NCBI RefSeq assembly: GCF_916618745.1
Contig: NZ_OU745373.1
Span: 2,177,126-2,217,125, forward strand
Length of the DNA stretch: 40,000 bases
Direction: 5' to 3'
Source of the DNA: Cardiobacterium sp. Marseille-Q4385
Lineage (GTDB): Bacteria; Pseudomonadota; Gammaproteobacteria; Cardiobacteriales; Cardiobacteriaceae
The position numbers and the translations under genes were made by a program. Shown here in pieces: positions 9,689 through 18,994 of the stretch. How positions within the stretch are numbered: position 1 is the stretch's first letter; each line of letters opens with the position of its first letter. The notes beneath the pieces are model-generated. The model saw only the letters and a list, made by a program, of their open reading frames with translations, was not told the DNA's origin and ran no database searches.

Positions 9689-9796
9689 TATAGTTAAACA
9701 TCTAAAAAATCGTAACGGCGTTGCGTCGCCTTGCCGTACTACCTGTACTGTCTGCGGCGACGCGCCTTGTTACGCTTTTTTATCTATTCAACTATA
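9689..9796 (+). mobile_element. Correia-like MITE, 108 bp (copy A)
   Basis: Imperfect 108-bp palindrome bounded by TATAG...CTATA, with about 21-nt terminal inverted repeats (TATAGTTAAACATCTAAAAAA vs the reverse complement TATAGTTGAATAGATAAAAAA). The core ACGGCGTTGCGTCGCCTTGCCGTACTACCTGTACTGTCTGCGGC is near-identical to the core of the short Neisseria Correia element as I recall it. It is 106/108 identical to the reverse complement of 37397-37504. Confidence 0.8.
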
Positions 9797-9859
9797 CATT
9801 CCGGCAGCCCGCCCGAAAACATGGCAATATCGCCGCTGAACCCAATCCTGGAGCCCCAT

Positions 9860-10828
9860 ATGAATCACTACTGGTACGCCGACGCTCACAGTTGCCTGCC
9901 GCTGCACGGCGACACCGACATCAACCAGCTGCGCCTGCACTACGACGCCGGCGTGCGCTACCTCTCCGTCAACGTCGGCATGGATATGAATCCGCTCACG
10001 CAAATCATGACCACCATCGCCGGTTACCGTCGCCAGATAGCCGAAGCGGATTGGCTCGAACTTGCCGACACTGCCGCCGACATCGAACGCATCACCGCGA
10101 GCGGCAAACTTGCCCTCAGCTTCGACCTTGAAGGCGCGTTGCCGCTTTTGGAAACCCCGGACATGGTCGCGCTCTACCACCGCCTCGGTGTGCGGCAAAT
10201 CCACCTCGCCTACAACCGCAGCAACAGCGTCGCTGGTGGTGCTCACGACGAAGGCGGCCTGACCCCGCTGGGCGAGCGTATCGTGGACGCCATCCATGCC
10301 GCCGGTATCCTTATGGATCTCAGCCACAGTAACGAACAGACCGCGCTCGACATCTGCGCTTACAGCGGCGACCGCCCCGTGCTGTACAGCCACGCCAACC
10401 CGCGCGCCCTCGTGCCGCATGGGCGCAATATCACCGATCGCGCCATTCGTGCCGTGGCGGCCACGGGCGGCCTCATCGCCCTGAACGGTGTCGGCAGCTT
10501 CATCGGCGATCTTGAGCTCAAACCCGCTTCGCTCATCCCGCACATCGACTACGTCGCCCAACTCGTCGGCGTGGCACACACCGCTATCGGTCTGGATTAC
10601 TGCTACGATGACGGTGTACCGGACATTCCTGCCGAGGTGAACCGCCAGTACTGGTGGCCGCCGAGCGCGGGTTACGACCCGAAAAAAGGTCTGAGCGGCA
10701 AATACATCAGCCCCGCTGCGCTTGATGACATCCGCGATGGCCTCGCCCAACGCGGTTACAGCGATGCGGATATCCGCGCTATCATGCGCGACAACCTGCT
10801 GGCGCTCATCAAGCGGGTATGGCTTTAG
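9860..10828 (+). CDS. Membrane dipeptidase, peptidase family M19
   Basis: MNHYWYADAHSCLP.., MDLSHSNEQT, LYSHANPRAL, GLDYCYDD. The start is set at the ATG at 9860 with GGAG upstream. The upstream part of the tracked ORF is a translation of the MITE. Confidence 0.8.
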   Translation: MNHYWYADAHSCLPLHGDTDINQLRLHYDAGVRYLSVNVGMDMNPLTQIMTTIAGYRRQIAEADWLELADTAADIERITASGKLALSFDLEGALPLLETPDMVALYHRLGVRQIHLAYNRSNSVAGGAHDEGGLTPLGERIVDAIHAAGILMDLSHSNEQTALDICAYSGDRPVLYSHANPRALVPHGRNITDRAIRAVAATGGLIALNGVGSFIGDLELKPASLIPHIDYVAQLVGVAHTAIGLDYCYDDGVPDIPAEVNRQYWWPPSAGYDPKKGLSGKYISPAALDDIRDGLAQRGYSDADIRAIMRDNLLALIKRVWL

Positions 10829-11450
10829 GCACGTTAGTTACTCTCACCAAGCAGGATAAGCACGAAACCCGCCTGCTAATAGCGTCATACAGCACCATAA
10901 CACCTCGTTTCTGGCAAAAGTAAATTGTATCTATGATGAATTGCCTACGGCTGTAGGGTTGCATAATGGGCGTCGATGGTGGATTTGTGACGCTATTCCT
11001 CTTGACTAACTCTAAGCTACAAAAAGGACACAACGTTTTTTAACAACTATTTTATTCATTATTTTAAGAATAATTTTGTAAAATTATCCTGCGCATTGAG
11101 CGCTTATTTATTAACAGGCGATATGGAGAAAATGATGAATTATTGGCATATGCAAATGTTTCCTGGTAATGCACCTGAATTGGATAAGAATGTACCTTGG
11201 ATTATCCAAAATCGGAAATTTATAGGTTTAGGTGACTGGGATGAAAAGAGAAATCAGATTGGTGATTTTTGTGAAAGAATGCAAGTAAATGATATTGTTG
11301 CCATAAAGAATGGTGCTGAATTTATTGCTTTAGTTCAGATTATTGGTGGAGTTTATTCTATTAAAGATGATGAAGATGAGCGGACTTCATGGATTGTTTA
11401 TCGTCGGCCTGTTAGGGTACTGGATTGGGAGATTGACGGTAAGAGCGTGT

Positions 11451-11978
11451 TCATAGTCTTCGTAGCAGGACTCCCAAGAAAGCCAAAGCTACCATTTGCA
11501 GACTGGTACTCAACTTACGCTCGCAGTTTTTCCAAAGCCGTCTGTTCTTTTCCAACCAGGAAAAACTGCGCTCGACTACCCATCGCTTTGGCAATACCGC
11601 AAAGCGGTGTAATTCGTTTCGTTTGGCAATCTCTACCTCCGCACCAATCAACTCCTGTACTGACGAAGCAAATGCCTTACCCGTGTAACCACCGTCAGCA
11701 AGGATTTTTTGTACCGCCCCAAGATTATCCCGCCCACGTTCCAATGCTAGCAGGCAGCCTTTTCTATCCGTAACATCCGCCGTCGTTACCGCAAGCGCAT
11801 GCGGCAAACCCTGCGTGTCAACCGCTATATGCCGCTTGATACCGCTAACCTTCTTGCCCGCATCGTAGCCTTTTTCCATGGCGGTATCCGTGTTCTTCAC
11901 ACTCTGCGCATCAATAATCAGGAAAGTGGTTGCTTCATGATGCCCCTGCTTGCGGCGCTCCGCAACTACCTGATTTTT
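11451..11978 (-). CDS. IS5-family transposase, catalytic ORF (orfB, +1 frame relative to orfA)
   Basis: The frame opens just after a TAA inside the A7 tract (11974-11980). Contains IIDAQSVKN, ILADGGYTG and RWVVERSFSWLEKNRRL, which supply the DDE residues. Confidence 0.85.
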   Translation of the reverse strand, partial: KNQVVAERRKQGHHEATTFLIIDAQSVKNTDTAMEKGYDAGKKVSGIKRHIAVDTQGLPHALAVTTADVTDRKGCLLALERGRDNLGAVQKILADGGYTGKAFASSVQELIGAEVEIAKRNELHRFAVLPKRWVVERSFSWLEKNRRLWKNCERKLSTSLQMVALAFLGVLLRRL

Positions 11979-12243
11979 TTAATGCTTCCTCAAGGATGCT
12001 GATGCCACTCTCGCGTGGCTCAGTCCATCTCTGGAAGTAGGAATGCACGGTGCGCCATTTGGGGAAATCGCCCGGCAAAGCGCGCCAGGAGCAGCCAGTG
12101 CGTTGCAGGTAGAGAATGGCACAAAAGACATCGTACAAGTCCACCTGACGTGGCGCTGTGCGTTTACGGGCACTTTCCAGCAGGGGGAGGAGAGGCGCAA
12201 ATTGCTCGCGACTGATATCGCTTGGGTAGGTTTTTCTGTTCAT
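11935..12243 (-). CDS. IS5-family transposase, N-terminal ORF (orfA)
   Basis: MNRKTYPSDISREQFAPLLPLLESARKRTAPRQVDLYDVFCAILYLQRTGCSWRALP.. is the typical DUF4096/HTH N-terminus of IS5-family transposases. Confidence 0.9.
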   Translation of the reverse strand: MNRKTYPSDISREQFAPLLPLLESARKRTAPRQVDLYDVFCAILYLQRTGCSWRALPGDFPKWRTVHSYFQRWTEPRESGISILEEALKKSGSCGAPQAGAS

Positions 12244-12475
12244 GCCGATAGTTTACAGCAGAGGCTGAGACAATGAACACGTTCTAAGGAAATAAGGGAA
12301 TGTCCACAACCACGCGGTACACTCAATATCTGCCAGAATGAAGATGTTGAGACCAGTAAAGTTATTAAGAACTGGCATGAGAGAGTTTGTAGTTCGTTTA
12401 AAAAACGTGGTATCAATTTAACCGTTTGATGCTAAAAAACTGCCAAACCTCTGAAATTTATCATAACGTCATTGT

Positions 12476-12503
12476 AAAAAAACCGCCCCGAAGGGCGGTT
12501 TTT
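12476..12503. terminator. Bidirectional rho-independent terminator (purA and the islet)
   Basis: AAAAAAA-CCGCCC-CGAA-GGGCGG-TTTTT. It gives a T7 run on the minus strand immediately after the purA stop. Confidence 0.85.
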
Positions 12504-12505
12504 CA

Positions 12506-13825
<1,320 letters not shown>

Positions 13826-13863
13826 TTAAGGCGTGGGGTTGCGGGGTGGTGTGCGTGATTTTT

Positions 13864-14064
13864 TTATGGGGTCGCCCAGTAGAGCAGGGCGACGATGAGC
13901 AGGGCAACGGTCGCCATGCCCAGCCCGATGCGGCGCAGGGTCTGATCGGGCAGGGCGCTGATTTGTTTGATGGTGCGCCGCCAGGCGGCAGGCGCGATGC
14001 CGATGAGCGCGCCTTCGCAGAGCAGCATGAGTGCCAGCGACAGCCACCAGATGGTCATGTTCAT
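13864..14064 (-). CDS. DUF2065 family small membrane protein (YjeT-like)
   Basis: 66 aa with two hydrophobic helices. Its position immediately downstream of hflC with an ATGA overlap matches the conserved hflKC-yjeT arrangement. Confidence 0.7.
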   Translation of the reverse strand: MNMTIWWLSLALMLLCEGALIGIAPAAWRRTIKQISALPDQTLRRIGLGMATVALLIVALLYWATP

Positions 14065-15080
14065 GGCAGGGCCGGCTCGTTTTTGGGAGCCGTTGCGGCT
14101 GCTTCCGGCGGGATGACGGGTTCGGCAACGGGATTCAGGGGGGGCGGCGGCAGTTGTTCTTGCAGCGGTGCTTGTTCCAGCGGGGCCGCAGGCGCGTTTT
14201 CGGCGTCAAGCGGCGGGGTGCTGTCGTTATTGTTGAGGTAGTGGAAGTAGCGGCTGTGCGGGTTGACGATGAGGGTACTGCCGCCGAGGCTGTCGCGGTA
14301 GGCGCTGAGGCTGCGCCAGTAGCGGTAGAAGTCGAGGTCGGCACCGTAGGCGGCGGCGTATTGTTTGGCGGCGGTAGCATCCGCCTCGCCGCGCATGATG
14401 TCGGCTTCTTCGCGGGCGTGGGCAAGAAGTTCGGCGGCTTCGCGTTCGGCGGTAGCACGGATAACGGAGGATTTTTCCTGGCCGCGCGCGCGGAAGTCTT
14501 TGCTGACGCGTTCGCGTTCGGCGCGCATGCGGTCGAAGACACGGTCGCGGATTTCGTCGGAGAAATCCACACGCTTCAGGCGTACACCGAGAACTTCGAT
14601 GCCGTAGCGGGCTTCTGCCTGACGCGAGATGCGTTCGCTGGCGGCGCCCATGATGGTGCCGCGATCTTGCGAGATGGCTTCTTTGACGGAGCGTTGCACG
14701 AATTCGCCGCGCAGGGTTTCTTTGACCATGTTGTCAAGCAGGCGGCTAGCCTGGTCGAAGTTGCCCTGAACGCTGGTGTAGAAGGTGCGGATGTCTTTGA
14801 TACGCCATTCGACGAAGTAATCGACGATGAGCCATTTTTTTTCGTTGGTCATGAAGCGTTCGGGTTCGACGTCCAGGCGCTGGATGCGCGCGTCAAAGAA
14901 TTCGACGTTTTGCACGAAGGGGACTTTGAATTTGAGGCCGGCTTCGTCGTCAGTGCTGATGAGGCGCGAGAATTGGGTGACGACGGCGATTTGCCGTTCG
15001 TTGATGATGTAGGCGCTGCTGACGAGCAGGACGAGGGCGACGGCGATAGCAGCGATGAGGGTGTTGAGTTTGTGGTTCAT
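14061..15080 (-). CDS. hflC: Protease modulator HflC (with Pro-rich C-terminal extension)
   Basis: SPFH/band-7 domain with an N-terminal TM (LIAAIAVALVLLVSSAYII) and RAERERVSKDFRARGQE.. The last 60 aa or so are a Pro/Ala/Glu low-complexity tail. Confidence 0.92.
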   Translation of the reverse strand: MNHKLNTLIAAIAVALVLLVSSAYIINERQIAVVTQFSRLISTDDEAGLKFKVPFVQNVEFFDARIQRLDVEPERFMTNEKKWLIVDYFVEWRIKDIRTFYTSVQGNFDQASRLLDNMVKETLRGEFVQRSVKEAISQDRGTIMGAASERISRQAEARYGIEVLGVRLKRVDFSDEIRDRVFDRMRAERERVSKDFRARGQEKSSVIRATAEREAAELLAHAREEADIMRGEADATAAKQYAAAYGADLDFYRYWRSLSAYRDSLGGSTLIVNPHSRYFHYLNNNDSTPPLDAENAPAAPLEQAPLQEQLPPPPLNPVAEPVIPPEAAATAPKNEPALP

Positions 15081-15089
15081 GCGGTTTCC

Positions 15090-16352
15090 TTAGCGGCTGC
15101 GGCTGCGTTCGTTGCTGCGGCTGTTCGCCGGGGTGGCGGCAGCAGGGGTTTTGCTGGTCGTGCTGTTGCCGTTTGTCGGGGTGGGCGCGGTCGTGGCGCT
15201 GTCTTCTTGTGCGGCGAGTTGTGGCGGAGTGACGGTGGCAGATGTGCCGCTGAGGTTTATGATGGGGCGGCTGTTGTCGGCATCAATCAGCACTTTGTTG
15301 CTCTGCGCGTAGATGTTCGCCATGGTGTCAAGGTAGAGGCGCTCGCGCATGACGGCGGGATTTTCGCGGTAGGCAGCGAGCAGGTTGTTGAAGCGGCTGC
15401 TGTCGGCGGTAGCGCGGGCAAGGGTTTCGGCTTTGTAGGCTTGCGCTGCCTGAATGAGGCGTTTGGCTTCGCCGCGCGCAACCGGGATGCGTTCGCGGGC
15501 GTAGGCTTCGGCTTCGAGGCCGAGGCGTTCTTCGTCTTCACGGGCACGGACGGCATCTTCGAAAGCATCCTGCACTTCAACCGGCGCACGCGCGTCTTGC
15601 AGTTCGAAGGCGACGATTTCAAAGCCGAGGTTGTACTGGATGAGGGTTTTTTCGATGATTTGTTTGGCTTCTTGTGGCCACTCGCCGCGTTTGTCGATGA
15701 GGATGTCATCGACGGTATTGCTGCCAACGACTTCGCGGATAGCCGAGATGACGATATCGCGCAGCACTTCTTCGGGCTGGTTCGCCTGGAAGAGGTAGTT
15801 TTTCGCGTCACGGATGCGGTATTGCACGGCGGCGCCGATTTCGACGATGTTTTCGTCGCTGGTCAGCATTTGTCCGTTGCGCTGGTTGCTGGTGCTGATG
15901 CGGCCACTTTGGCTTTTGAGTTCGCCGACTTTCATTGACGAGATGGAGGTCACGTCCACTTTGGTAACTTGGCCGAAGGGGATGGGGAAGTGCCAATTGA
16001 GGCCGGATTTGGTGGTGCGGGTGTAGCGGCCAAGGAAGGTTTCTACGCCGTTTTCGCGTTCGCGCACGGTATAGACGCCACTAGCCAGCCAGATGCAGAG
16101 GAAGGCGGCAATGACGAGGGTGATGAGTTTGCCGGGCAGATGCAGCGGGGCGCGGCTATTGCCGCCGTTGTCGCTGCTATTGTTATTGCCCCGGTTTGGT
16201 CGACGGCCGATGAGCCTGCTGAAAAATTCGTCAAGATCCGGCGGCTGGTCGTTGTTTTTTTTGTCCGGTTCGTTGTTGTTGCCCCAAGGGTCTTGCGCCA
16301 TGGCGAGGGGGCGGGTGTGTTTTTTGAGCAGGCTGCTGATGAGGATGAACAT
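15090..16352 (-). CDS. hflK: Protease modulator HflK
   Basis: SPFH domain with a Gly/Asn-rich N-terminus and an EAEAYARERIPVARGEAKR motif. The ATG at 16352 has an AGGAA RBS. The alternative start at 16301 (MAQDPWGNNN) looks like canonical HflK N-termini, so the start is ambiguous. Confidence 0.9.
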   Translation of the reverse strand: MFILISSLLKKHTRPLAMAQDPWGNNNEPDKKNNDQPPDLDEFFSRLIGRRPNRGNNNSSDNGGNSRAPLHLPGKLITLVIAAFLCIWLASGVYTVRERENGVETFLGRYTRTTKSGLNWHFPIPFGQVTKVDVTSISSMKVGELKSQSGRISTSNQRNGQMLTSDENIVEIGAAVQYRIRDAKNYLFQANQPEEVLRDIVISAIREVVGSNTVDDILIDKRGEWPQEAKQIIEKTLIQYNLGFEIVAFELQDARAPVEVQDAFEDAVRAREDEERLGLEAEAYARERIPVARGEAKRLIQAAQAYKAETLARATADSSRFNNLLAAYRENPAVMRERLYLDTMANIYAQSNKVLIDADNSRPIINLSGTSATVTPPQLAAQEDSATTAPTPTNGNSTTSKTPAAATPANSRSNERSRSR

Positions 16353-16358
16353 GTGGTG

Positions 16359-17654
16359 TTATTCCTGGTCGTCTGTCTGGGTTTGTAGGTCAAGGCGGCG
16401 ATTATACTGTGATTGTATTTGCTGATAGCGCTTTTCCCGCAGGCTGATACGCAGCCATTGGCTGCCGTCGGCGGCGATGCGCTCCTCGCTGACGGCGTGT
16501 TCGGCGTAGAGGGTGGCACGCAGGGCGCCTTCGTGCGGGGCGAGGTGCAGCCAGCCGTTTTTCTGGTCGCGGTTGAAGTAGGCGACGATGGCGTCAGTTA
16601 GCAAATCTACGCCTGCGCCAGTGAGCGCCGAGACGAAAACGGCTTCCGCCATGCCGTCGGCGCCGGTTTTGACGTAGGGTGCTTCGCCGCGCAGGTCGAT
16701 TTTGTTGTACACACGCAGGGTCGGTACGTCGTCCGCTTCGATGCTTTTCAGAACTTCCATCACCACTTCTTCGCGCTCGAGATGGTGCGGATCGGCTACG
16801 TCAATAACGTGCAGCAGCAAGTCAGCGCGCGCGGTTTCTTCCAGGGTGGCCGAGAAGGCGGCGACGAGTTCGTGCGGCAGGTCGCTGACAAAGCCGACGG
16901 TGTCGGCCATGAGGATGGTCTGTCCGCCCGCCTGTTTGAGGCGGCGCCAAGTCGGATCCAGGGTGGCAAAGAGCTGGTCCTGCGCGTACACATCCGCTTC
17001 GGTCAGCATATTAAAAAGGGTGGATTTGCCGGAGTTGGTGTAGCCCGCGAGTGCCACGGTCGGCATGTCACGGCGGATGCGCGCCTTGCGGTTTTCTTCG
17101 CGCTGTTTTTGCACTTTGTCGAGGCGGCGTTGTAATTGTTTGATGCGGGCGGCGAGCAGGCGGCGGTCGGTTTCGAGCTGGGTTTCACCAGGGCCGCGCA
17201 GGCCGATACCGCCTTTTTGCCGCTCCAAGTGCGTCCAGCCGCGCACTAGGCGGGTGGCAAGGTGGTTCAGCTGGGCGAGTTCGACTTGCAGTTTGCCTTC
17301 GTGGCTGCGGGCGCGCTGCGCGAAGATGTCGAGCACCAGGCCGCTGCGGTCAAGCACACGCGTGTTGCACAGTTTTTCGAGATTACGTTCCTGCGAGGGG
17401 GAAAGCGGGGCGTTGACGATGATAAGTTCGATGTCGTGCGCTTTTACCGCTGCGGCCAGGGCTTCCGCCTGACCACGGCCGATGTAGTAGCGCGGCTCAA
17501 CTTCGCCCCGGCTGAAGCGCTCGGCAAGAATAATTTGCGCGCCGGCAGAGAGGGCGAGTTGGTGAAATTCTTCTTCGACGGCGGCATCGGGGATGCAGTT
17601 GATGTCCACTTGGACGAGGGCGGCGCGTTCGCCGCTTTTTGGTCGTTCAAACAA
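16359..17654 (-). CDS. hflX: GTPase HflX
   Basis: G1 motif GYTNSGKSTLFN, DTVGF, and NKIDL as G4. Sits in the hfq-hflX-hflK-hflC order. Confidence 0.95.
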   Translation of the reverse strand: MFERPKSGERAALVQVDINCIPDAAVEEEFHQLALSAGAQIILAERFSRGEVEPRYYIGRGQAEALAAAVKAHDIELIIVNAPLSPSQERNLEKLCNTRVLDRSGLVLDIFAQRARSHEGKLQVELAQLNHLATRLVRGWTHLERQKGGIGLRGPGETQLETDRRLLAARIKQLQRRLDKVQKQREENRKARIRRDMPTVALAGYTNSGKSTLFNMLTEADVYAQDQLFATLDPTWRRLKQAGGQTILMADTVGFVSDLPHELVAAFSATLEETARADLLLHVIDVADPHHLEREEVVMEVLKSIEADDVPTLRVYNKIDLRGEAPYVKTGADGMAEAVFVSALTGAGVDLLTDAIVAYFNRDQKNGWLHLAPHEGALRATLYAEHAVSEERIAADGSQWLRISLREKRYQQIQSQYNRRLDLQTQTDDQE

Positions 17655-17705
17655 AACGCGCCTCCCGTGGGACGGAAAGCGCGGTGCTGTGCGGTTGATG
17701 CATTA

Positions 17706-18014
17706 TTAATACAGCGGATCGGTACTCGGACGGGCAGCTTCTGCCGGGGCAGCGGCGTGTTCGCCGTCTTGTTGTTCTTCTTCACCTTCTTCGCCTTCGC
17801 CGGGGATGCGCACGTTGCGTGCCGGGACGATAGTTGAGATGGCGTGTTTGTAAACCATCTGCGAGATGTTGTTACGCAGCAGAAGGACGAAGGCGTCAAA
17901 CGATTCGATTTGTCCCTGAAGTTTGATGCCATTGACCAGATATACGGATACCGGGATGCGTTCTTTGCGCAGGGCATTGAGGTAAGGGTCTTGCAGGGAT
18001 TGGGATTTACTCAT
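17706..18014 (-). CDS. hfq: RNA chaperone Hfq (acidic C-terminal tail)
   Basis: [46 protein letters not shown].. contains the Sm1 and Sm2 motifs. The start is at the internal ATG at 18014, not 18068. Confidence 0.95.
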   Translation of the reverse strand: MSKSQSLQDPYLNALRKERIPVSVYLVNGIKLQGQIESFDAFVLLLRNNISQMVYKHAISTIVPARNVRIPGEGEEGEEEQQDGEHAAAPAEAARPSTDPLY

Positions 18015-18126
18015 TGTTGTTGTGCTCCGAAAGGTTTGTAGAAACACCGGCTGGCGGTGCGCGCGCAATGTATCACACTTCGCCCGCCACCCGCGCTTTT
18101 TGTCGCTTATGTGATACGTCGGCGCT

Positions 18127-18486
18127 TCAGATCATGTTCAGTTCGATTTTGGCGCGCAGGGTCATCATGTCCATACCCCACGGTGGATCCCATTCCATGT
18201 GTACTTCGCATTCTTCGACGCCATCCACTTGTTCGACGCCATCTTTGACCCAGTCCGGCATGACGCCTGCTACCGGGCAGCCGGGCGCGGTGAGGGTCAT
18301 GTGGATGTCGGCTTTACCGGTTTTTTTGTTGTAGTCGATGTTGTAGATGAGGCCGAGTTCGTAGATGTCCACCGGGATTTCCGGGTCGTAGATGCCTTTC
18401 AATGCGAGGATGATGTCTTTTTCGACCGGGCTCAGGGTGGGGTCTTCGGGGTCTTTTTGGTAGGGGACGTTTTCCGGGTCGTACAT
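18127..18486 (-). CDS. sufT: Fe-S cluster assembly protein SufT (DUF59/MIP18 family)
   Basis: 119 aa with [17 protein letters not shown] and [12 protein letters not shown], the DUF59 signature. It is the last gene of the suf cluster. Confidence 0.8.
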   Translation of the reverse strand: MYDPENVPYQKDPEDPTLSPVEKDIILALKGIYDPEIPVDIYELGLIYNIDYNKKTGKADIHMTLTAPGCPVAGVMPDWVKDGVEQVDGVEECEVHMEWDPPWGMDMMTLRAKIELNMI

Positions 18487-18553
18487 GGGGAATCCTGTAT
18501 TTTCTCAATGGTTCGTTATCGGCTTGTTCGCGCGGTTATCCCGCTTGGCGGCT

Positions 18554-18994
18554 TTATTCGGTCTTCGCTTCGTTTTTGCCGTGCAGCGCGGCATCGAGGG
18601 TGTGCCAGGCGAGAGTGGCGCATTTGACGCGTGAGGGGTATTCGCGCACACCGGCCAGCACTTTGAGTTTGCCGACGCTGTCCGGGATGGGGTCTTGCGT
18701 GGTCGCGATGTGGTGGAAGTCGTGGTAGAGGTGCGCGAATTCGGCAAGGGTTTTGCCGCGCGCGAGGTCGGTCATCAGTGAGGCGCTGGCTTTGGAGATG
18801 GCGCAGCCGTCGCCGACGAAGCTAATGTCGGCGATGGTATCGCCGTCCATGCGCACGAATATTTTCAGGTTGTCGCCGCAGAGCGGGTTGTAGCCGGTGG
18901 CGCTGTGGTCGCAGGGGGCAAGCGCGTGGAAGTGGCGCGGGTGTTTACTGTGATCGAGGATGACTTCCTGGTAGAGGTTTTTGAGGTCGTTCAT
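18554..18994 (-). CDS. sufU: SUF system zinc-dependent sulfurtransferase SufU (IscU-like)
   Basis: NPLCGD, GDGCAISKASAS and RVKCATLAW are the three conserved Cys motifs of SufU/NifU-N. Confidence 0.85.
   Translation of the reverse strand: MNDLKNLYQEVILDHSKHPRHFHALAPCDHSATGYNPLCGDNLKIFVRMDGDTIADISFVGDGCAISKASASLMTDLARGKTLAEFAHLYHDFHHIATTQDPIPDSVGKLKVLAGVREYPSRVKCATLAWHTLDAALHGKNEAKTE

Larger units (their letters stand above)
11443..12284 (-). mobile_element. IS5-family insertion sequence (IS1031/IS427-group-like), 842 bp
   Basis: Terminal inverted repeats GAGCGTGTTCATAGTCT (left) and GAACGTGTTCATTGTCT (right, reverse complement), matching 15/17. Flanked by 3-bp direct repeats TAA at 11440-11442 and 12285-12287. 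Encodes two overlapping transposase ORFs with an intact DDE signature. Confidence 0.9.
11135..12429 (+). pseudogene. 149-aa hypothetical ORF interrupted by an IS insertion
   Basis: The N-terminal fragment (MNYWHMQMFPGN...VLDWEIDGK) runs into the IS at 11443. Removing 11443-12284 plus one TAA copy restores an uninterrupted frame (..EIDGKEIRECPQPRGTLNIC...KKRGINLTV*) ending at TGA 12427-12429. The region is AT-rich. The start codon is uncertain (11123, 11132 or 11135). Confidence 0.7.

Noticed and set aside
9721-9859. N-terminal extensions MRRLAVLPVLSAATRLVTLFYL.. and MPYYLYCLRRRALLRFFIY.., mirrored by ORFs at 37149-37472 and 37157-37462
   Set aside because: The same peptides appear at both MITE copies because they are translations of the repeat itself. 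They are not paralogous genes.
10809-11033. 74-aa minus-strand ORF in the AT-rich islet
   Set aside because: No RBS and no motifs. It overlaps the end of the dipeptidase gene and is most likely a chance ORF in AT-rich DNA.
11096-11773. 225-aa ORF as an intact gene
   Set aside because: Only the first 115 aa or so are genuine. Beyond 11442 the frame runs into the IS antisense to the transposase.
14126-14132. Homopolymer tracts as phase-variation switches: G7/C7 in the hflC tail, A8 runs in hflK (about 16251) and hflC (about 14837)
   Set aside because: They lie in essential-type housekeeping genes or in a low-complexity tail where a frameshift would have little regulatory logic. The tracts are short, and there is no supporting evidence.
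14031-15938. 635-aa ORF antisense to hflC/hflK
   Set aside because: Antisense artefact. HflK and HflC on the minus strand have SPFH motifs and conserved synteny.
16301-16352. Whether HflK starts at 16352 (MFILISS..) or at 16301 (MAQDPWGNNN..)
   Set aside because: This cannot be resolved from the sequence. 16352 has the better RBS, while 16301 gives the more canonical N-terminus. The longer form is reported, with the ambiguity noted.
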